Assembly (NCBI RefSeq): GCF_009914755.1
Contig: NC_060942.1
Length of the DNA stretch: 64,000 nt
Reading direction: 5' to 3' (one strand)
Source: the human T2T-CHM13v2.0 reference genome, Homo sapiens
A model generated the notes under the pieces. That model ran no database searches. It worked only from the letters and a program-made list of their open reading frames with translations, and had not been told where the DNA came from. Positions 12,231 to 26,603 of the stretch are shown piece after piece. Numbering within the stretch: position 1 is the stretch's first letter; every line of letters begins with the position of its first letter. A program made the translations under genes and the position numbers.

Positions 12231-14608
12231 TGATATATATAGAGAAGAGGGAATTATCATGTATAGATTGGGAAAATAAGAATTTTTTTTTAAAAAAAGA
12301 AAAACACAGTCACATGGGGAATGTACTGCAGGAGAGATCACTTTCTCCATCTAAAAGACAACTAGCTACATGCTGTCAAGCTTCAGTAAATGGCTTTCAA
12401 TCAGGAATGCAGGCTTATTTTTACCTGATCTTCTGATTCATCAAAAAGTAAAAGAAACTTATACTTTATATATGCATTTAATTTTGAGTAAGTTGGTTTT
12501 GTCATGCACTGTGCTGGAAAATCTCCTCTCAGGTGTCACTTTTAATGTATTATTTTTTCTAAAGTTTACTGTTGATATGCAAGTATTTCTGTTATGTATC
12601 AATCCTCCCAATTTACTTCTTTTTATGAACAAAACAAGATTTAGATATTCGATAATAGCAAACCACCCGGCCAAGAAGTGTTTCTGCAAAGTTATCCTGG
12701 GTTTCTAATATTTATATTTGCTTTTAATTATGTTTTATTTCAAGAACAGCTATATCATTTCCATGTTTAATATTATTAGGAATGAATGGCATGAACAACA
12801 TGGTGAAGTAGGAGATACGAGGCTTCATCTCCCCACAAAAAACAATTAGATAGCTATCTTTTAATGACATTAACCCTGGGAAAGATCAAAAGTTCAGTTA
12901 ATAACACGCAGTAAAATAGTGGAGTAAAAACCAAAGAAGAATCACACGGAAAGGATTTCTGGGGAGATCAGTACACCTGAGGCTTCTGGAGACAGCTAGG
13001 TATAAGGAAAAGGATGGAGGCTCTAAATATCAGCCACTCAGTGAGTGCCATCATGGTCCCCCAGTGGCCTGCTTGACAGAGGACTCCAGTAGCCTTTGCT
13101 ACTAAGTATCTCAACAGCCCCCTCAGCAGCAGTTGGTTACCCACAGCTTTCACAGTGGAGGTCCCATTCATGGTCATTGACACAGCCCTCAGAGTCCTAC
13201 TCTGCAGAGGACACTAGCAGCTTTTGCCTTTGAGGTAGCCAACAGCTATCATAACTGCAGTTCCTCCAGAAAAGGAGATATTGCTGCATCCCACAGCTAC
13301 CAAGAAGAAGCTGCTGTTATGCTACCCAGGATGGGGGCAACCCCATGCACTTACTGGATGCAGGAGCTAGGGCCACTCCTCACATGTACAAGATCTGAGT
13401 CTTGCATCCTCTGCTGCTCCACATGCACCCACTCCTTAGACACTGGAGCCACTGCTGCTGTGGGATAGGCCATGCTCCTGACCCCAGTGTCAATGTAGCT
13501 CTGCATGTGCCCACTCTTTGGACCCTGGCTCCCTGGCTGTTCCACAAGCATCTATGCCTTGTATGCAGCTACCAACACTGCAATTGGGGTGCCTATGTCT
13601 CAGATATTGATGCCACCATTGCCCAGGACCCCAGAGTCATAGTCATTCCCTGTGTGCCCATACTGCCAACTCTGGCTTCATGGTTACTTCAAGGGCACTG
13701 CACAATAGACAAAGGTGCCACCACCACTGCAACTGTGCCTGTGAGCTGGTGTGGATGCCAAGATGAATTTCCTTGGCCATGGCATCTTGCATGGGAGAAA
13801 AAGAGATCAGGAGGGCCCAAGTAATCTTCAACACTGAAGACCTCCAACAGCCCTTGCTACCACTGCAAAACTCACAGCCTTAACAGCTGAGGACCCCTAC
13901 AATCTTCACTACTGCTAATTTTAGCTAATGAACCTACACAAGGACTATGTCATGGAGCTGGAACTGTCACATGTCACTCAGCTAGTGCTCTTGCACCCAC
14001 CTGTAGGTGAAGGCACTGTGGGGATACTTTCCTCTCAAAACTAGTATGTTAAGTCTAGAGGAGGTGACTGCTCAGTCAAATGCTCAGACATCAACTCAAG
14101 GCAATAAGAAACATTAAAATATAAAGAAAACATGACACTACCAAAGGAAATAAATACTTTCCTAGTAACTGATCCCAGGGAAAGAAAGAATCACTAATTG
14201 TCAAAGAATTTAAATTAATAGTTTTAGGAAAACTTAAGAAATCATAAAAGAACAAACATAAACAACTAAATAAAACCAGAGAAGCAATACAGAAAAAAAA
14301 TAGAGACAGAAATCATAAATAGACATACCGAAATTCTGGAGAATAAGAGCAGAATGAATGAAATAAAAATGCAATTGAGGGCACCAGTAGTGGGCTTCAT
14401 CATGCAGAAGAAAAAAATCTGTGAACCTGAAGGTAGGTCATTTTTAATTACTCAGAGAAACCACGATAACAAAAAAAGAATGAAAAAGAATGAAAAAAGC
14501 CTGTAAAATTTATGGGATACCATCAAGTGGCCCAATATAGGCATTATGAGAATATCAAAAGGAGAAGAGATTAAGGAAGGAATAAGACACTTTTTAAAAA
14601 AAATAATG

Positions 14609-14819
14609 GGTTAGGTACAGCGGCTTATGCCTGTAATCCCAGGATTTTGTGAAGTTGAAGCAGGCAAATAGCTTGAGCTCAGGAGTTTGTGACCAGCCTG
14701 GGCAACATAGCGAAATCCTGTCTTTACAAAAAATACAAAAATTAGCTGGGCATATTGGCAAGCACCTGTAATGCCAGCTACGTGAAAGGCTGAGGTAGGA
14801 GGATTGCTTGAGCCTGGGT
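14609..14819 (+). mobile_element. AluJ-like, 3'-truncated, no poly(A)
   Basis: Left monomer, linker tacaaaaaatacaaaaattagc, and a right monomer that stops at ttgcttgagcctggg. Confidence 0.9.
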
Positions 14820-15369
14820 CTTTCCAAATCTGGGAGAGATATGAACTTCCAGGTACTTCAAGCTCTTAGTCTACAAAGAGGTTCAATGTAAAGAAGTATT
14901 CACCAAGATACATTATAATCAAACTGTCAAAAAACAAAAATAAAATGAGAATTTTGAAAGCAGCAGAAGAGACTCATCATATATGAGGACCTTCACCCAC
15001 AAGACTATCAACCTAATTCTCAGAGGAAATCATGCAGCCAAGTAGAAAGCGGGATGGCACATTTAAAATGATGAAAAAAAACTTCCAACCAAGAAAACTT
15101 GGAAAAGTTGTTCTTCAGAAATAAAGGCAAGATAAACATTTGTTCAAAAAAACAAAACCCGAGGGAGTTTGTCACCACTAAACCTGTCTTACAAGAAATG
15201 CGAAACCGAGTTCTTCAAGCTGAAATAAAAAGATGCTAATTAGTAGCATGAAAACACAAGCAAATATGAACTACCTGTTATATTTAAATATAGAGTCAAA
15301 TTCAGAATACTCTAGTAGTATAATTGTGGTGTGTAGATCATTTATGTATAAAGGTTAGAAGCCTAATTA

Positions 15370-15719
<350 letters not shown>

Positions 15720-15920
15720 CTATCTAATTTGTTAATGAATATATAATAAAAACATGTAAAATATGACATCAAAAATATAAAATGTAGGGAGAGGAAGTAA
15801 AAGGGGAAAGTTTTTATATGCAATAAAATTTAAGTGGTTATCAGCTTAAAATAGACTCTTAAAACTGTAAAATATTCTATGTAAGCCTCATGGAAACCAC
15901 ATAGGAAAAATCCTCTAGTG

Positions 15921-16591
<671 letters not shown>

Positions 16592-17757
16592 CTCTAGTGG
16601 ATACACAAACAATAAAGAGAAAAGAACCAAAGCATACCACTACAGAAACTCAACAAATCATGAAGGAAGACAAAGAGAGAAACAAAGGGACACAAGAATT
16701 GAGAACAATCAGAATATAATTAACAAAATAACAATACTAAGACCTTTCTTGTCAATAATCAGTTTATACGGAAATGGATTAAATTCTCCAATTAAGTGAA
16801 AGAAAAACAAGAGCAAACATATCTGGCCTACAAGTGATTCACGTCAGCTTTAGGAACATACATAGCTTGAAAGTGAAGGGATGGGGGAAAATATTCCATA
16901 AAATAGAAACTTAGAGCTAGAATAGCTACATTTTTATCAGACAAAATAGACTTGAAGTCAAAAACTGCAATAAAAGACAAAGAAGATCATTTTGTAATCG
17001 TAAAGGAGTCATTTCATCAAGAGGAAATAACCATGGCAAATATATTGGCATCCAACATTAGAGCAACTGAATATATAAAACCAATATTAACAGAGCTAAA
17101 GGGAGAAATTGACATCAATACAGTAATACTAGGGCATTTCAATAACCCACTTTCAACCATAGATAGATCTTCCAGAAAGAAAATCATTAACGAAACATTA
17201 GGTATCAACTACATGTTAAACATACCCAGAACATACATCTTACCCAGCAGAATACATGTTCTTCTCAAGTGCACACAGAAAATTTGCTAGGATAAATCAT
17301 ATTAGGCTACAATATGAGTCTTAAAAATATAAGAAGATGAAAATTAGACCTAGTATCTCATCTGATTACAATAGTATGAAACTGGAACTCTGTAACAGGA
17401 GAAAAACTGGAAAATTAAAAAACATGTAAAAATTAAGCAACACACTATTGAACACCTAATAGGTCAACAAAGAAATCAAAAGGGAAATTAGGAAATATTT
17501 CCAAACAAAAATGAAAAAAGAAAACACACCAAAACTTAAGTTATGCAGCAAAAGCAGCTCTAAGAGGGATGTTACTAGCAATAAACACCATTTTAAAAAA
17601 CCTCATATAAATGATCTGACTAGAAAAAATGAAAAAACTCCACAAGTAGCAAAAGGAAGGGAATAATCAAGATCAGAGCTGAAGTAAATGAAATACTTTG
17701 AAAGCAATAGAAAGAATACATGAAACTAAGAGTTGGTCTTTTGAAATGATATAATTG

Positions 17758-19934
17758 GGCCAAGGGATGGGGCCAAGATGGCCGATTAGAAGCAGCTGCA
17801 GCTGGGGGCTACCACCCAGAAAAACCAAAATAGCATGTGAATCCTGCACTGGCAACTGAGGTATCCAGGTTCTATCATCAGGCCTGACTAGGCGGTTGGC
17901 GTGACCCTCACAGAGCAAGAAAAAGTAGAGTGGTGCATCCTGCCACCTGAGAGCCACACAGGGCAGGGGAGTCCCCACCCCCCAGCCAAAGGAGGCGGTG
18001 AGCGAACATGCTACCCAGCCTGGGGAACCATGCTTTTTTCACAGAACCCTGCAATCCACACATCAGAAGATCCTACTCCTGAGCCCATGCCACCGGGGCC
18101 TTGGGCCCCAACCACAGAGCTGCGCAAATTCTCAACAGCCACTCGGCTGAATTCTGCCTAAGACCACCCGGTTCCCGGAGGGAGGGGCGTCCGTCTTTGC
18201 TGCAGTTGCCCGCTGTCCAAGCCATCTGAGCTTCCTGGAGGAGGGGTGGCAACCATCACTGTGGCCGCCTAAGAAAACTGAGCTCCCCAAGGGAGGGTTG
18301 GCTGGCATCACTGCTGCTGCCTGCTCCCTAAGCCGCCTGAACTCCCTGGGGGAGGAGCTGCAGCCAGCACTATAGCTCCAGGCTGTGCTTTTCCCCTGCT
18401 GGAGCCAGGGAAACTGGACAGCTTGGTCCCAAGAGATATCCCCCACAGCACAGCACACCTGCTGTGGCAGACAGTGGCCAGACTGCCTCTTTAGGACGGA
18501 CGGTGACCCATCCCTTCTCACTAGCCGGGGTCTCCCTGTAGGAGCTCCAGCAACACCAGCCAGGGTCTTAGGGACAGAATTCTGATCTCCCTGGGCCTGA
18601 GCCCCTAGTGGGAGGGGTGGCCGTAGTCTCCGCAGGCCAGCAGGCTTAGTCTTTCCCCGTGCTAGTTCTAAGGAATCCTGACAGCCCAGAAGAGTGTGTT
18701 CCCCCCAGCGCAGCACATCCCCTCAAGCAAGGGGGACAGCCAAAGTGCTTCGTTAAACCGGTCCTGGTTCCCGTGCCTCCAGCTGGGTGAGACCCCCCCC
18801 AACAGGGGTTGCCAGACACCCTATACAGGAGCTTTCCTACTGGTATCAGGTTGGTGCCCCTGGAGGTCAGAGATCCCAGAGGAAGGAGCAGGTACCTATC
18901 TTTGCTGTTCTCCAGCCTCGTCGGGTGACATTTCCAGGCACAGGAGCAAACCAGATGAATAGAGCCTGAAGTGAACCCCCAGCAAACTGCAGCAGCCCTA
19001 CACAAGAGGGACCCGACTATGGAAAAACAAATCAAACAGAAAGCCACAACAACAGCATCAACAAAAAAGTCCTCACAAAAACCTTATCCAGGGGGCAGAA
19101 GCCTTAAAGATCATAAGTAGACAAACTCATGAAGATGAGAAAGAATCAATGACAAAACTCTGAAAATCTAAAAGGCCAGAGTGCCTCTTCTCCTCCAAAT
19201 GATTGCAATACCTCTCCAGCAAGGGCACAGAGCTGGATGGAGGATGATATGAAGTAGGCTTCAGAAAATAGTAATAACAAACTTCACTGAGGTAAAGGAG
19301 AACGTTGTAACCCAATGCAAAGAAGGTAAGAACAATGACAAAGGTTACAGGAGCTGCTAACTAGAACAACCAGTTTAGAAAGGAACATAAACAACCTGAT
19401 GGAGCTGAAAAACACAGCACGAGAACTTTGTGATGCATACACAAGTATCCACAGCCAAATTGATCAAGCAGAAGAAAGAATATCAGAGCTTGAAGACTAT
19501 CTCACTGAAATAAGGCAGGCAGACAGGATTAGAGAAAAAGGAATAAAAAGGCATGAACAAAACCTCTGAGAACTATGAGACTATGTAAAAAGACCAAATC
19601 TATGACTGATTGGAGTACCTGAAAGAGATGCAGAGAATGGAACCAAATTGGAAAACACACTTCAGTTCCAGGAGAACCTTCCGTAACATAGCAAGACAGA
19701 CCAACATTCAAATTCAGGAAATAAAGAGAACCCCAGTGAGATGCTCCATGAGAAAATCAACCCTAAGTCACATAATCATCAGATTCTCCAAGGTCAAAAT
19801 GAAGGAAAGAATGTTAAGGGCAGCCAGAGGGAAAGGCCAGGTCACCTACAAAGAGAAGCCCATCAGACTTACAGCAGACCTCTCAGCAGAAACCCTGTAA
19901 GACAGAAGAAAGTGGGGGCCAATATTCAACATTC
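17758..19934 (+). mobile_element. L1PA8A/PA10-like 5'UTR and disrupted ORF1
   Basis: Starts ggggccaagatggccgattagaagcagc, GC-rich UTR to ~19120. ORF1 remnant NIARQTNIQIQEIKRTP...HIIIRFSKVKMKERMLRAARGKGQVTYKEKPIRLTADLSAETL. Confidence 0.9.
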
Positions 19935-20382
19935 TTTTTTTTTTTTAAGTGTTACTTTAAGTTCTGGGATACATGTGCTGAACTTGTTGCCCAGCACCAC
20001 TTATTAAATGTAGAATACTTTCCCCATTGCCTGTTTTTGTCAGGTTTGTCAAATATCAGATGGTTGTAGATGTGTGGTCCTATTTCTGAGGTTTCTATTC
20101 TGTTCCATTGGTCTACGTGTCTGCTTTGGTACCTATAGGCATGTTTGCGATTTCTGCACATTGATTTTGTATCCTGAAAATTTGCTGAAATTGTTTATCA
20201 GTTTAAGGAGATTTTGGGCTGAGACGATGGGGTTTTCTAGATATAAGATCATGTCTTCTGCAAATAGAGACAATTTGATTTCCTCTTTCCCTATTTGATT
20301 ACTCTTTATTACTTTCTCTTGCCTGATTGCCTTGGTCAGAACTTCCAATACTACGTTGAATAGGAGTGGTGAGAGAGGACAT
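19935..20382 (-). mobile_element. Antisense mosaic L1PA fragment with poly(A) tail
   Basis: Minus strand reads the RT core ([17 protein letters not shown]), then VDQWNRIE...FNKWCW, then the terminal 3'UTR gcacatgtatcccagaacttaaag and A12. Confidence 0.85.
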
Positions 20383-21472
20383 TCAGGAAATAGGCATGGG
20401 CAAAGATTTTATGATGAAATTGCCAAAAGCAATTGTAACAAAAGCTAAAGTTGACAAATGGGATCTAATTAAACTAAAGAGCTTCTGCACAGCAAAAGAA
20501 ACTATCATCAGAGTGAACGGGCAACCTACAGAACAGGAGAAAATTTTTGCAATCTATCCATCTGAGAAGGGTCTAATATTCAGAATGTACAAGGAACTTA
20601 AACAAATTTACAAGAAAAAGCCAAACGACCCCATCAAAAAGTGTGCAAACTACATGAACAGACACTTCTCAAAAGAGGACATTTATGTGGCCAACAAACG
20701 TATGAAAAAAAGCTCATCATCACTGGTCATTAGAGAAATTCAAATTAAAACCACAATGAGATGCCATCTCATACCAGTTAGAATGGTGATCATCAAAAAT
20801 CAGGAAACAACAGATGCTTGCAAGGCTGTAGAGAAATAGGAATGCTTTTACACTGTTGGTGGGAATGTAGATTAATTCAACCACTGTGGAAGACAGTGGG
20901 GTGATTCCCTAAGGATCTAGAACCAGAAATACCATTTGACCCAGTAATACCATTACTGTGTATATACCCAAATAAATATAAATTATTCTACTATAAAGAC
21001 ACATGCACATATTTATTGTAACACTATTCACAATAGCAAAGTCTTAGAACCAACCTAAATGCCTATCAATGACAGACTGGATAAAAAAAAATGTGGTACA
21101 TATACACTATAGAATACTATGCAGCCACTAAAAGGAATGAGATCATGTCCTTTTCAGGGACATGGATGTAGCTGGAAGCCATCATTCTCAGCAAACTAAT
21201 ACAGAAACAGAAAATGAAACATCATATTTTCTCACTCATAAGTGGGAGCTAAACAGTGAGAACACAAGGACACAGGGAGGTGAACATCACACACTGGGGC
21301 CTGTCGGGGAGTAGGGGAAAAGGGGAGGGAGAGCATCAGGACTAATAGCTAATGAATGCAGGGCTTAGTACCTAGGTGATGGGTTGATGGGTACAGCAAA
21401 CCACCGTGGCACACATTTACCTATGTAACAAACCTGCACATTTTACACATGCATCCCAGAACCTAAAAAAAA
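20383..21472 (+). mobile_element. L1PA8A/PA10-like ORF2 C-terminus and 3'UTR
   Basis: [40 protein letters not shown]. The 3'UTR ends cccagaacctaaaaaaaa. Confidence 0.9.
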
Positions 21473-21473
21473 G

Positions 21474-21932
21474 ATAGCAAAGATATGGAACCAAACTACA
21501 CGGCCATCAACCGTGGATTGAATAAAGAAAATGTGGTACATAAACACTATGGAATACTACATAGCCATAAGCAAAACAAAGCAAAAAACAACCAAATTAT
21601 GTTCTTTGCAGCAACATGGATGGAGCTGGAGGCCATTATCCTAAGTGAATTAACACAGGAACAGAAAACCAAATACTGTAAGTTCTCATTTATAAGTGAG
21701 AGCTTAACATTGAATACATGTGGAAACAAAGATGGTAATGATAGACACTGGGGACTTCTTGAGAGGTGGGAGGGTGGTAGGAGGATGAGGGTTGAAAAAC
21801 TACCTATCAGATACTATGCTCATTACCTGGGTGACAAAATAATCTGTACACCAAACCCCCATGACACGCAATTTACCCATGTAACAAACCTGCACGTGTA
21901 CCCCCTGAATCTAAAATAAAAGTTAAAAAAAA
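21474..21932 (+). mobile_element. Second, older L1 3' end (L1PA16/17-like)
   Basis: gagggttgaaaaactacctatcagatactatgctcattacctgggtgacaaaataatctgtacacc...ctgaatctaaAATAAAagtt plus A-tail. Confidence 0.85.
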
Positions 21933-24036
21933 GAAAAGATATAATTGACAAAGCTTTAGCTAGACTACGAAAAAAGAGAAGACGTAAATAATAAAAATTA
22001 GAAAATAAAGAGAAGACATTATAACTGGTATCACAGAAATACAAAGGATTATATAGAACTGTTATGAGCAGCTTTATACTAAGAAGTTGGATAACCTAAA
22101 AAAAAGAATACATTCTTAGAAACCTACTACCTATCAAAACTGAACCATGAAAATACAAAATCTGAACACACAATTAACAAGTAAAGAGACTGAATCACTA
22201 ATCAAAAATTCTACAAAAGTGCAAAGCAGAACTAGGTGGCTTCCCTGGCGAATTCTATCAAACATTTTAAGAATTAATACTAATCTATCTCAATGTCTTT
22301 CAAAAATAAAGTGGAGGGAAGACTTCCAAACTCATTTTGCAAGGCTAGCATTACACTGATGTGAAAGTCAAACCAGAAAACTACAAAAAAAGAAAATTAT
22401 AGGTCAATATACCTGATGAATAGAGATGCAAAAATCCTCAACAAAATACCAGCTAATGGAATTGAAGAGCACATTAAAAGAGTCATACATGATGAACAAA
22501 TGGGATTTATCCCTGGGATACAAAGATGGTTCAACATATGCACATTGATAAATGTGATACCTCACATTAAGAAAACAATGAAAAAAAGTCGTAAGATTTT
22601 CTTAATAGACAGAAAAATAATTTGACAAAATTCAACATTTCATGATTTAAAAATCTCAACAAACTAGGGATAAAAGAAAATGACCTCAACATAATAAAGG
22701 TCATATATGAAAAGCTCACAGATAACATCATACTTAATAGTGAAAAGCTGAAAGCCTTTTCTTTAAGGTCAGGAATAAGGCAGATGTTCACTCTTGCCAC
22801 TTCTACTCAACATAGTACTGGGAGTCCTAGCCAGCACAATTAGGCAAGAGAAAGATTTATTTCCAAACCAAAAAAGAAGTAAAATGATCTCTGTTTACAA
22901 ATGATATAAGAATGATAAAATGATATAATACTATATGAAAACTCTAAAGACTCCACCTAAAAAAGGTAAAACTTAGTAAACAAATTAAGTAAAATTACAG
23001 GATACAAAAGCAAAATACAAAAATCTGTTCTGTTTCTAGAAACTAGCAGTGAACTATCTGAAAAAGAAATTAAGAAAAGAATTAAGACACTCACATCAAG
23101 AAAATTAAATACCTAAAAATTAATTTAACCAAGGAGGTAAGAGATCTGTACACTAAAAACTATGAAACATTGGTAGAAGTAATTGAAGAAGATACAAATA
23201 AATGGAAAGATACCACATGTTCATGGACTGGATGAATTAATAGTCTTAAAATGTCCATGCTACCCAAAATGATTTATTCAATGCAATCCTTATCAGAATT
23301 CCAGTGTATTTTTTCCCAGAAATAAGAAAAACAACCCTAAAATTCATGTAGAACCTCAAAAGACCCCAAATAGCTAAAGCAATATTGAGCAAAAAGAACA
23401 AAGCTAGATACATAACACTTTCTAATTTCAAATTGTTTTACAAAGCTATAGTAATCAAACAAAAAACATACCCTAGCATAAAAACAGTCATATAGACCAA
23501 TTGAACAGAATCAGGAGCCTGGGAATAAATCCATGCATAATATATTCAACTAATTTTCGATAAGGCATCAAGAAAACAAAATGGGGAAAAATAAGTCTCT
23601 TCAGTAAATGGTGCTGGGAAAACTGAATATCAGTATGCAAAAAAGTGGAATTAGAACCATAAATTATACCATACACAAAAATCAATTCAAAATGGGTTAA
23701 AGACTTAAATGTAAAACCTGAAACCATAAAACTCCTAGAAGGAAACCTGGAAGAGAAGCTTCTTGATAGTGGCCTTGGCAATGATTTTTTAAATTTATGA
23801 TACTGAAGGGACAGACAAGAAAACTAAAAATAAATAAGTGGGATTATATGAAACTAAGAATTTCTGCACAGCAAGGAAAACAATAAACAAAATGAAAGGC
23901 AACCTACAGAATGGATTAAAAAAAACTGTAAATGAAGAAAGTAGTATCCAAAATATATAAGAAACTTATATAACTCGATAGCAAAAAAAAAAAAAAAAAA
24001 ATCCCCAAAAAAAAACTCGATTAAAAAATGGGCAGA

Positions 24037-24343
24037 AGCCAGGCACAGTGGCTTGCATGGGTAATCCCTGTTACTTCCAAGACTGAGACAGGAGAATTTG
24101 CTTGAGACCAGGGTTCGAAACCAGCGTGGGCATCATAGTGAAACCTCATTTCTATAAAAAGTTTTTTAAAACATTAGCTGGCAGTGGTGATGTGTGCCTG
24201 TAGTCCTGGATCCTCAGGAAGATAAGGAAGAAGATTCCTTTGAACCCAGGAGTTCAAGGCTGCAGTGAGCTATTATCATGCTGCTGTGCTCCAGCCTGGG
24301 TAACAGAGTGAGATCCTATCTCTAAAAAGCAACATCAAAAAAA
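24037..24343 (+). mobile_element. AluJ
   Basis: Diverged dimer with aggagttcaaggctgcagtgagctattatc (AluJ-type right arm). Confidence 0.9.
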
Positions 24344-26592
24344 TGTATGTGTGTGTGTGTGTGTGTGTATATACATATATATAAATAATATATATTATAA
24401 TAAAATATTATTTATTATTATAATATATGAATATAATAAAATATATAAATAAAATATATAAATAAATAAAAATATATAAATATAATAAAATAATATATGC
24501 ATAATATATAATAATAATATAGAATTATATATTATATTTATATAACATATATTTATATATTATATAAATAGAATATATATTTATATATTCTATTTATATA
24601 ATATATAAATATATATTCTATTTATATAATATATAAATATATATTCTATTTATATAATATATAAATATATATTCTATTTATATAATATATATATTCTATT
24701 TATATAATATATAAATATGTATTCTATTTATATAATATATAAATATATATGCTATTTATATAATATATAAATATATATTCTATTTATATAATATATAAAT
24801 ATATATTCTATTTATATAATATATAAATATATATTCTATTTATATAATATATATTATATAAATATAATATATAAACATATATTATATAAATAGAATATAT
24901 ATTGTATAAATATAATATATAAAATATAATATATATTATATAAATATAATATATAAAAATATAATATATGTTATATAAATATAATATATAAAAATATAAT
25001 ATATATTATATGAACATAATATATAAAAATATAATATATATTATATGAACATAATATATAAAAATATAATATATATTATATAAATACAATATATAAAAAT
25101 ATAATATATATTATATAAATATAATATATAAATATATTATATATATTTATATAATATATAAATATATTATATATATTTATATAATATATAAATATTATAT
25201 ATATTTATATAATATATAAAATATATATTTATATATTATATAAAAATATATTATATAAATAAATTATATATTTATATATTATATAAATATATATTATATT
25301 TATATATTATATAAATAGAATATATTCTATTTATATATTATATAAATATAATATATTATATTTATATATTATATAAATATAATATATTATATTTATATAT
25401 TATATAAATAGAATATATTCTATTTATATATTATATAAATATAATATATTCTATTTATATATTATATAATTATAATATATTCTATTTATATATTATATAA
25501 ATATAATATATAAATATATATATAAATATAATATATATTATATTTATATATTATATATTATGTTATATAAATATAATATATATTTTATTTATATGATATA
25601 TTATATTATATTATATTATATATTATATTATATAATATATTATATAATATAATATATAATATATGAATATAATATATATTATATTATATTTAATAATATA
25701 ATATATATTATATATAATATATTATATAAATACAATATATAAATACAATATATAATATATTATATAAATACAATATATAATATATCATATAAATACAATA
25801 TATAATATATTATATAAATACAATATATAATATATTATATAAATATACTATATATTATATAAAATAATATATATTATATTATATAATATATATTATATTA
25901 TATATATATTTTATAAAATAATATATATTATATTATATAAAATAATATATTATATTATAAAAATAATATATTTATTATATAAAATAATATATATTATATT
26001 ATATTATATCATATATAATATAATATATATCATATATAATATAATATATAATATTAATATAATATATAATATATCATATATATAATATAATATATATTAT
26101 ATTAATATAATATATATTAGTATAAATATTATATTAATATTATATATGATATTAATATAATATACATTATACTAATATATATTATATATTACATAAATAT
26201 AATACATATTATATATTACATAATAAAATATATATTTATATATTATATAATAAAATATATATTACATATATTATATAATATAATATATTTATATATTATA
26301 AAATATTATATAATGTAACATATTTATATATTATAACATATTATATATTGTATATATATAATATATTATAAATTGTATATAATATATAATATATTATAAT
26401 ATATATAATATATTATATATTATAATATATATAATATATAATATATTATAATATATATAATATATAATAGTATTTTATATATTTATATATTATAAAATAT
26501 TATATATTGTATATAATATATAATATATTATAAATGTATAAATATATAATAATGTTTTATTTATATATACATATATGTATATATAAATAAAA
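24344..26592. repeat. (TG)n followed by a ~2.2-kb TA-rich minisatellite array
   Basis: Almost purely A/T. Visible units include 28-bp atattctatttatataatatataaatat (~24586-24850) and ~35-bp atataatatatattatat(a/g)aa(t/c)ataatatataaaa (~24925-25125). Confidence 0.95.
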
Positions 26593-26603
26593 TATTCCAT
26601 TGA

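Noticed and set aside
20366-20839. 157-aa reverse-transcriptase-family ORF (also 16952-17290, 19610-19900, 43321-43764)
   Set aside because: Fragments of dead L1 ORF1/ORF2. No intact L1 reading frame exists in the window.
24370-26590. Regular repeat units that might suggest a CRISPR-like array
   Set aside because: Tandem units with no unique spacers, eukaryotic context, no cas-like ORFs.
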